Source: Candidatus Electronema halotolerans
GTDB lineage: Bacteria; Desulfobacterota; Desulfobulbia; Desulfobulbales; Desulfobulbaceae
Reading direction: 5' to 3'
Assembly: GCA_942493095.1 (NCBI GenBank)
Contig: OW818675.1
Coordinates: 1,770,001 to 1,802,000, forward strand
DNA: 32,000 nt
In this document: in pieces, positions 26,160 through 32,000 of the stretch
How the letters are laid out: every line of letters begins with the position of its first letter
Numbering within the stretch: position 1 is the stretch's first letter
Notes under the pieces: generated by a model
Told to the model about the DNA's origin: nothing
The model's input: only the letters and a program-made list of their open reading frames with translations
Database searches by the model: none
Position numbers and translations under genes: made by a program

Positions 26160-28313
26160 TCAGCCCGCCTCTTTGGGCAAGGTGATGGCAAAAATCACCC
26201 CGGTTCTGCCGTCTTCCAGATTGCGGACACTGACCCGGCCTCCGTGATGTTCCATGATGGTGCGGACTATGTACAGCCCCAGTCCCATGTGCGGGCGGTC
26301 GTCCTTGACAGGCCGGGTCGAGACCATGGAGTTGAAAATCTGCTGCTGCAAGACCGGGTCAATTGGCGGCCCTTGATTGATGACCTGCAAGGAGACAGTG
26401 TCAGCCTGCTGCTCCAGCCGCAGCTCAACCGGCGTTTCCGGGGCATGAAAAGAAACCGCGTTTTCGACTAATTTGTCAAGGGCCTGATGCAGGCGGACTG
26501 GATCGCCCTTGACCAGCACCTCCTGCTCTGGTGGCTGATAGACAAATTTTGTCTCGCTGAAGGTGAGCTGCCAGCCGTGCTCCAGCCACACAGACACAGC
26601 CCGGCCCAGATCAACTGGCTCCATGCTGTCCAAGAGCAGGGCGTTCTTGAGACTGGCCGCCTCGCGAATCGAAGTCAGCAGGCTTTCCAAACGTTCCACG
26701 TCCCGCTCGGCCCAGCGGATGTATTCTGTGACCTGCTTGCTGGGACTCTCCTGCTGCCGCATCTGCTCCTGCTTGAGATTTTTCAGCGAGGCCGCCACCC
26801 CGGCCAGCGGCGTGCGCATCTCGTGCTCCAGATTGTCAGCCATTTTCTCCCGGTGCTCAATCTGCTGGCGGAGCTGGTCCAGCATCGAGTCCAAGGTCCG
26901 GCCCAAATCGCCGATTTCGTCCCCGGACCGGTCTGCTTTGACCTCGCTGCGGATATGGCCGTCCGGCGTGATGGCTGAGGCGGCCTGATTGCGAAGCCGC
27001 CGGATCCTGTTTGAGAGCCGGAAGGCGAAGAGGAAGAAGATGCCGCCGCCAAAGAAAAAGGCCAGCACTGACAGGGATATGGTCTCTTCAATCATCCGGT
27101 TGCTCAGGGCAAGGATGGAGTTGGTGGTCTGCTCCACCACCACAGCGGCCAGCACCTTGTCGCCTTCATAGACCGGCACAATGGCAGCCAAAACTTCCAC
27201 CTGATCATCTTTGTTGAGAAAATAGCTTGTCAGAGAATGGCGGCCAGCCAAGCCCTCCCGGATGCCTTTCAAATCCAACTCAGTGGGCTGCGAGACCTGC
27301 TCCTCAATATCAGCATTGAAGGAGGTGGTGAAAAAGCGGTACAATGGATGGAGCAGCTCGCTGGCCCGCCGCATGAGCCGGGCCAGGGCATCCGCATCCG
27401 CAGGCAGCGGCTCCTGTTTGCGCAGACTGCCGACTTGGGCGCGGATGCGCTTGTTCTGATCAACGACCCGGATGCGGGCGTAGGGCCGGTCCAAGGAGCG
27501 GAGTATCTCCTCAATCGGCTCTGAGGTGCCCAGCAGCCAGCCCGGCTCATGGTTCTCAGCCAGATTGGCGGTGCCGATCATGGCCTGCACGTCCCGCTTG
27601 TCCTCATCATCCACATCAGCGACCAGAAAGGCTAATTTGCTGCCCAGCAGCTCCAGCGGGATGCGCAGCTCCAGAATGTAGCCAGTCCGGGTCTGCCGCC
27701 ACGCTCCTTGAATGCGCTGCTCGCTGACTGGAAATTTGATCGGATTGCTGGGCATGAGAAAGCCGTTGACCCAGCCCGGCTCATGCGGGGCGACCAGATA
27801 AGTGCGCTGGCCGAAATTATCTTCAATGACAATCTGAAGATGATCAGAGCGGTCAAGGCGGAGGGAGGTGCGGCTGCGGTAAATGACGTGATCATCCTGC
27901 ACATCAAAAAAGGCGTACAAGTACTTGTCCTGCTTGCCTGCCAAATGACGGAAGCTGAGGGTCAGCGGCCCTGCCGGATCCGCCTTGCTGATCAGATGCT
28001 CTTTGCCGAACTGCTCGGCCAAGGTCAGCTCCGGCTGCCAGTCCTCCAAGCTGCCGTCCAATTTGATGCTGTTGGAGAGCTGGAACAGGTAGAGATCACG
28101 ATGCTGATCAAGGGCGTGAAACTGCTCCCGGTCAAAGAGGTCGCTCCGGTTGGTCAGGGCGGCGGACACTGCTTGGGCGGTGAAATTGAGCGTGTCCCGC
28201 TGGCTGACGATCAGGCTGTCTTTCAGAGTGCGGTTCAGCCGCATGCCCAGCAGCGGGAAAAGCAGGAGCAGCAGTGAGAGCAGAACGAGCTTGAACCGGA
28301 GAGAGCAGCGCAT
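26160..28313 (-). CDS. Membrane sensor histidine kinase with CBM9-like periplasmic domain, HAMP and HATPase_c
   Basis: Periplasmic SIKLDGSLEDWQ...DKYLYAFFDVQDDHVIYR, H-box DNLEHEMRTPLAGVAASLKNL, N-box KLVENAVSFH, and G-box MGLGLYIVRTIMEHHGG. Confidence 0.8.
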   Translation of the reverse strand: MRCSLRFKLVLLSLLLLLFPLLGMRLNRTLKDSLIVSQRDTLNFTAQAVSAALTNRSDLFDREQFHALDQHRDLYLFQLSNSIKLDGSLEDWQPELTLAEQFGKEHLISKADPAGPLTLSFRHLAGKQDKYLYAFFDVQDDHVIYRSRTSLRLDRSDHLQIVIEDNFGQRTYLVAPHEPGWVNGFLMPSNPIKFPVSEQRIQGAWRQTRTGYILELRIPLELLGSKLAFLVADVDDEDKRDVQAMIGTANLAENHEPGWLLGTSEPIEEILRSLDRPYARIRVVDQNKRIRAQVGSLRKQEPLPADADALARLMRRASELLHPLYRFFTTSFNADIEEQVSQPTELDLKGIREGLAGRHSLTSYFLNKDDQVEVLAAIVPVYEGDKVLAAVVVEQTTNSILALSNRMIEETISLSVLAFFFGGGIFFLFAFRLSNRIRRLRNQAASAITPDGHIRSEVKADRSGDEIGDLGRTLDSMLDQLRQQIEHREKMADNLEHEMRTPLAGVAASLKNLKQEQMRQQESPSKQVTEYIRWAERDVERLESLLTSIREAASLKNALLLDSMEPVDLGRAVSVWLEHGWQLTFSETKFVYQPPEQEVLVKGDPVRLHQALDKLVENAVSFHAPETPVELRLEQQADTVSLQVINQGPPIDPVLQQQIFNSMVSTRPVKDDRPHMGLGLYIVRTIMEHHGGRVSVRNLEDGRTGVIFAITLPKEAG

Positions 28314-28466
28314 GGTCAGCAGGCAAAGATGAAAAAAGGTTGCTGAAAAAATCTGGAACTGCTTGATATATACTGTGCTGCTGCTAAGGTGTAAACACGC
28401 ATCTGCGCAAGGAGGCGGCCGGCAGGGCCGGGCCGGAACTGATCACTATCAACAACGAGGCATGAA

Positions 28467-29168
28467 ATGGCAAAAGATTGGAGCCATACAGGAGAACGGA
28501 TTGTCAACTCTTCGGCTGATTTTATCAGCGGAGTCGGTTCCGCCTTCAAAGGGGTGGGCAACCGCTTCAAGCGCAGCAAGTTTGCGCCCTTTGTCGAGGC
28601 GCTGTGCGCAGTGGTCGGCGATGTGGCCTCGCAGAATGGCCGCCTGCAAAAACAGGAGATCGAGGAGTTCCGAAAATTTTTATTGCAAAATTGCCGCGAC
28701 ACTCCTATGTTGGAACTGTTCAGCTTGGACGAGCTGGCCAAGAAATTGGAGCAGTATGCGGTGGCGGCTTTTCTCTGCGATGACGAGGCCGTGCTCATGG
28801 CGGTCAAGAAAATTGAGGATCCTGAGCTGGCCCGGCTGATCATTCTGTCCGCCTTGGCAGTTGCAGCGGCTGACGGCGACTGCGATGCCAAGGAGCGGGC
28901 CTGCATTGAACAGCACGCAGCCACGCTGCAAGTCAACATGGCTGCGCTGGCTGATCAGTTTCAGCTCAATCTCAACAAACCGCAGAACATTCCCTCGACC
29001 ACGTCAGCTCCGCCGCAGCTGCCGCCAGCACCAAGTCCAAGTCCGACGCATGGACAGCAGCCCTCCCCTGCTCCTGCCGCAGATGATCTCTGCCTGATGT
29101 GCAAGGGCGCGGGCGGCAGCTGCGTGTTCTGCAAAGGCACGGGCAGAAGGCTTGACCGCAGGAATTGA
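28467..29168 (+). CDS. TerB-like domain protein with C-terminal DnaJ-like Cys tail
   Basis: FVEALCAVVGDVASQNGRLQKQEIEEFRKFL...LSALAVAAADGDCDAKERACIEQHAATL. Proline-rich linker, then DDLCLMCKGAGGSCVFCKGTGRRLDRRN. Confidence 0.75.
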   Translation: MAKDWSHTGERIVNSSADFISGVGSAFKGVGNRFKRSKFAPFVEALCAVVGDVASQNGRLQKQEIEEFRKFLLQNCRDTPMLELFSLDELAKKLEQYAVAAFLCDDEAVLMAVKKIEDPELARLIILSALAVAAADGDCDAKERACIEQHAATLQVNMAALADQFQLNLNKPQNIPSTTSAPPQLPPAPSPSPTHGQQPSPAPAADDLCLMCKGAGGSCVFCKGTGRRLDRRN

Positions 29169-29781
29169 ACATTCAACTCATTCACTGAAACAGGAGAGCA
29201 AGATGGGCGTTTCATTAAGCAAAGGCGGCAATGTTTCTTTGAGCAAAGAGGCTCCGGGCTTGGAGGCCATCAAGATCGGCTGCGGCTGGGATGCGCAGGC
29301 CCTGAAAGGCGCGGCCTTTGACCTTGATGCCTCCGTGTTTCTCTGCGGCGCGGACGGCAAAGTCACCAAAGAGAACGACTTTATTTATTACAACAACTTG
29401 CAGGGCGCGAACGGCGCAGTGGTTCATGCTGGCGACAACCGCACCGGCGAAGGAGAGGGCGACGATGAAATGATCATGATGTCGCTCAAGGACATGCCGC
29501 CGGAACTGGTCAAAGCCGCTGTTGCGGTCACCATTCATGAGGCGGACAGCCGGGGTCAGAACTTCGGCATGGTGGAAAACGCCTTCATCCGCATTGTCAA
29601 TGCGGCCAATGATGTCGAGATTGCCCGCTACGACCTGACAGAGGATTTTTCCAGCGAGACAGCGGTGATTTTCGGCGAGGTCTATCAGAAAAACGGTGAA
29701 TGGAAATTCAAGGCGGTCGGGCAAGGCTCAAACGAGGGCTTGGCTCATATCTGCGCCAAGTTCGGCGTGAACGCGTCCTGA
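29071..29781 (+). repeat. Direct repeat unit A (Cys-tail coding end plus intergenic plus terD copy 1)
   Basis: Aligns at a constant offset of 1581 bp with 30652-31362, including the non-coding aacattcaactcattcactg and the RBS ggagagcaagatg. Confidence 0.85.
29203..29781 (+). CDS. terD: TerD family protein (copy 1)
   Basis: MGVSLSKGGNVSLSKEAPGLEAIKIGCGWDAQ, FDLDASVFLCGADGKV, DFIYYNNLQG, HAGDNRTGEGEGDDE, GEVYQKNGEWKFKAVGQG. Confidence 0.92.
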   Translation: MGVSLSKGGNVSLSKEAPGLEAIKIGCGWDAQALKGAAFDLDASVFLCGADGKVTKENDFIYYNNLQGANGAVVHAGDNRTGEGEGDDEMIMMSLKDMPPELVKAAVAVTIHEADSRGQNFGMVENAFIRIVNAANDVEIARYDLTEDFSSETAVIFGEVYQKNGEWKFKAVGQGSNEGLAHICAKFGVNAS

Positions 29782-29810
29782 GTGTCGTTTTTTTCAGGAG
29801 GAGAAACAGT

Positions 29811-30749
29811 ATGGCTGTGAAGCTGAGAAAACAGGAGGAGGTGGCGGCCAGAACCATTGATCTCCGTAAAAAAGTTTCGTTAGCCAAAGAGCGGGCCGGG
29901 CTGCTGGCTCAAGCGGCGCAGGTTGAGTTTGTCCTCGATATTTCCGGCTCTTTTGCAGGACGTTATCGCGACAACACCATTCAGGACATTGTTGAGCGGC
30001 TGGCTCCGATTGCCTTGGAATTTGATGCTGACGGCGCCATGCCAGTCACCCTTTTTGGCGTGGATGCGCATGAGGCGCCGCCAATCACCCAAGCCAACCT
30101 TTGCGAATACGTCAACCGCGAAGTTGTCAAGCACTATCCTTTTGAGGGCGGAACTAAGTATGCCAAGCCGCTCTGGCATATTGTCCAACGGCATTGCAGT
30201 GCGGCAGTTCAAGAGGTGACGGTTGCGCAGGGCGGCTGGTTCAAAAAGAAGAAAACCGAGAGGAAAATTGTCCAGCAGTCTCCTGCCCCTGTTCCTATTT
30301 TTGTCCAATTCATAACTGACGGCGACAATCAGGACCGTGAAGAGACAGAGAAGCTGCTGCGCATGATGGAGGTGCTGCCGATCTTCATCCAGTTTGTCGG
30401 CGCAGGAACAGCTTCTTTTGCCTTTCTCCGCAAACTTGACGAGATGCGACGGGACTTCATCGACAATGCCAGTTTTTTTCAAGTGACAGATATCGTCAAC
30501 ACCTCTGATGAGCAGCTTTACAAAGACATGCTGCATGAATTTCCTGCTTGGCTGAATAAGGCCAAAGACAAGGGACTGGTCCATCAGCACAACATCAACA
30601 AACCGAGCAGTCCTCCGCCAAGTTCGGCAGGAGCAGCCCCGCAGCAGACTCCTCCTGCCGCAGATGATCTCTGCCTGATGTGCAAGGGCGCGGGCGGCAG
30701 CTGCATGTTCTGCAAAGGCACGGGCAGAAGGCTTGACCGCAGGAACTGA
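29811..30749 (+). CDS. vWA domain protein, TerF-like, with the same C-terminal DnaJ-like Cys tail
   Basis: VEFVLDISGSFAGRYRDNTIQDIVERLAPIALEFDADGAMPVTLFG, VPIFVQFITDGDNQDREETEKLLR, IFIQFVGAG, then AADDLCLMCKGAGGSCMFCKGTGRRLDRRN. ATG 29811 follows aggaggagaaacagt. Confidence 0.85.
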   Translation: MAVKLRKQEEVAARTIDLRKKVSLAKERAGLLAQAAQVEFVLDISGSFAGRYRDNTIQDIVERLAPIALEFDADGAMPVTLFGVDAHEAPPITQANLCEYVNREVVKHYPFEGGTKYAKPLWHIVQRHCSAAVQEVTVAQGGWFKKKKTERKIVQQSPAPVPIFVQFITDGDNQDREETEKLLRMMEVLPIFIQFVGAGTASFAFLRKLDEMRRDFIDNASFFQVTDIVNTSDEQLYKDMLHEFPAWLNKAKDKGLVHQHNINKPSSPPPSSAGAAPQQTPPAADDLCLMCKGAGGSCMFCKGTGRRLDRRN

Positions 30750-31362
30750 ACATTCAACTCATTCACTGGAAAAGGAGAGCAAGATGAGCGTTTCATTAAG
30801 CAAAGGCAGCAATGTTTCTTTGAGCAAAGAGGCTCCGGGCTTGGAGGCCATCAAGATCGGCTGCGGCTGGGATGCGCAGGCCCTGAGCGGCGCGGCCTTT
30901 GACCTTGATGCCTCCGTGTTTCTTTGCGGCGAGGACGGCAAAGTCACCAAAGAGAACGACTTTATTTATTACAAGAACTTGCAGGGCGCGAACGGCGCAG
31001 TGGTTCATGCTGGCGACAGCCGCACCGGCGAGGGCGATGGCGACGACGAAATGATCATGATGTCGCTCAAGGACATGCCGCCGGAACTGGTCAAAGCCGC
31101 TGTTGTGGTCACCATTCACGAGGCGGTCAGCCGAGGCCAGAACTTCGGCATGGTGGAAAACGCCTTCATCCGCATTGTCAATGCGGCCAATGATGTGGAG
31201 ATTGCCCGCTACGATCTGACAGAGGATTTTTCCGGGGAAACCGCTGTAATTTTCGGCGAGGTCTATTCAAAAAACGGTGAATGGAAATTCAAGGCGGTCG
31301 GCCAAGGCTCAACCGAGGGGCTGGCCCAGATATGCGCCAAGTTCGGCGTGAGCGCGTCCTGA
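30652..31362 (+). repeat. Direct repeat unit B (Cys-tail coding end plus intergenic plus terD copy 2)
   Basis: Second copy of the same unit as 29071-29781. Confidence 0.85.
30784..31362 (+). CDS. terD: TerD family protein (copy 2)
   Basis: MSVSLSKGSNVSLSKEAPGLEAIKIGCGWDAQ. Nearly identical to copy 1 over its whole length. Confidence 0.92.
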   Translation: MSVSLSKGSNVSLSKEAPGLEAIKIGCGWDAQALSGAAFDLDASVFLCGEDGKVTKENDFIYYKNLQGANGAVVHAGDSRTGEGDGDDEMIMMSLKDMPPELVKAAVVVTIHEAVSRGQNFGMVENAFIRIVNAANDVEIARYDLTEDFSGETAVIFGEVYSKNGEWKFKAVGQGSTEGLAQICAKFGVSAS

Positions 31363-31394
31363 GCGTCGTTTCTTTCAATCGGTTCAGCAAAGAC

Positions 31395-31425
31395 GGCAGG
31401 GAGGCAGTGCCCTGCCTATTTTTTT
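31395..31425 (+). terminator. Rho-independent terminator after the ter cluster
   Basis: ggcaggg (31395-31401), loop aggcagtg, ccctgcc (31410-31416), then tatttttttg. Confidence 0.8.
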
Positions 31426-31614
31426 GCTTGCTTTTCAGAAGTAAATCTGCTTAAAAAGAAAAGGTTCCTTGAAAAATGCTGTTTTTGTCGAAAGCGTGAT
31501 CAAGCGAATCCAATTGCTTGCAGAGCAATAACTGGCGAAAACAGCAAATTTTCAAGACTTCCAACAAGATGATGGATGTTCAACAACGTACTTCTCAAAG
31601 TAAAGAGGTGGAAA

Positions 31615-32000
31615 ATGAAAGAAGCAGGAAAACAGGTGTGCCGGAGCTTGCTGACCGGCATGGTGCTGCTGGCGGGACTGACGTTTTTGTTAGTGTCGTC
31701 AAGCTACGCATCGGTGCCGCCAGCAGAGCAGTTTGGCAAAATTGCGACAGTGGAACACATACTGCACCAAACGCAATCCAGCATTTGGCAGCAGCTCCAT
31801 TCACAGGAGGTAGATGCTCTTGTGTCGCAACTGCGTATGGCTGAAAAGGCGGGCCGTGATGATCAGGCCGGACAGCTACGGCGGCAGTTGAATCAGTTGG
31901 AGAAACGTCTGCTGGGCGATGCGCCCCCGGCAGATGCTGAACTGGCCCGGCTGGTGCAGAAGAAAAAAATGCTGCTTGATGAACTGGCCCGACTGGGCGG
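31615..32000 (+). CDS. Secreted/periplasmic coiled-coil protein, runs off the right edge
   Basis: Reading from ATG 31615 after aaagaggtgg: MKEAGKQVCRSLLTGMVLLAGLTFLLVSSSYASVPPAEQFGKIATVEHILHQTQSSIWQQLHSQEVDALVSQLRMAEKAGRDDQAGQLRRQLNQLEKRLLG... The frame is open to the window end and is missing from the ORF track. Confidence 0.6.
   Translation, partial: MKEAGKQVCRSLLTGMVLLAGLTFLLVSSSYASVPPAEQFGKIATVEHILHQTQSSIWQQLHSQEVDALVSQLRMAEKAGRDDQAGQLRRQLNQLEKRLLGDAPPADAELARLVQKKKMLLDELARLG

Noticed and set aside
29215-30590. Minus-strand ORFs opposite TerD copy 1 (29215..29724) and the vWA gene (29880..30590)
   Set aside because: They are antisense frames. The near-identical starts opposite each terD copy simply mirror the terD duplication.
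29071-31362. Possibility that the tandem terD region is a CRISPR-like or short tandem-repeat array
   Set aside because: There are only two long (about 0.7 kb) coding units, with no short regularly spaced repeats. No CRISPR array was seen anywhere in the window.

Overview
The window looks like chromosomal DNA from a strictly anaerobic, probably Desulfobacterota-type bacterium. That is an inference from the Hdr/MvhD/FrhB-like redox operon, not a taxonomic assignment. From left to right it contains: the 3' end of an asparagine synthase gene, an AT-rich methyltransferase, a PhoR-like histidine kinase, and a GT2-glpD-GT4 run. A decayed LolD/MacB-like ABC transporter follows, with an internal deletion that fuses a permease N-terminus to an ATPase C-terminus. 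Next are a small secreted protein followed by an inverted-repeat element, and an electron-bifurcation-type operon on the minus strand (mvhD, FrhB/FdhB-like, double-length hdrA, hdrC, hdrB). The most interesting interval is about 16.0-20.9 kb, which looks like a small conflict/defence island. It holds (a) an AT-rich two-gene unit encoding a 3-TM membrane protein and a 689-aa protein with two tandem TIR/nucleoside-deoxyribosyltransferase-like domains plus a third uncharacterised Rossmann-like region. It also holds (b) a HEPN/MNT toxin-antitoxin pair overlapping a SixA-like histidine phosphatase and a previously untracked 44-aa AbrB/MazE-like mini-ORF, all joined by 4-nt stop/start overlaps. Finally it holds (c) a 2-TM protein resembling the TRADD-N-associated membrane domain. 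Downstream are a DUF1844 gene, serA, a znuA-uma2-znuC-znuB cluster with an upstream orphan histidine kinase, and a Ter-type array (TerB-like, TerD, vWA/TerF-like, TerD). In the Ter array two unrelated proteins share the same DnaJ-like CxxCxGxG tail, and a roughly 0.7 kb tail+TerD unit is duplicated in tandem. I saw no rRNA, tRNA, CRISPR array or transposase gene.
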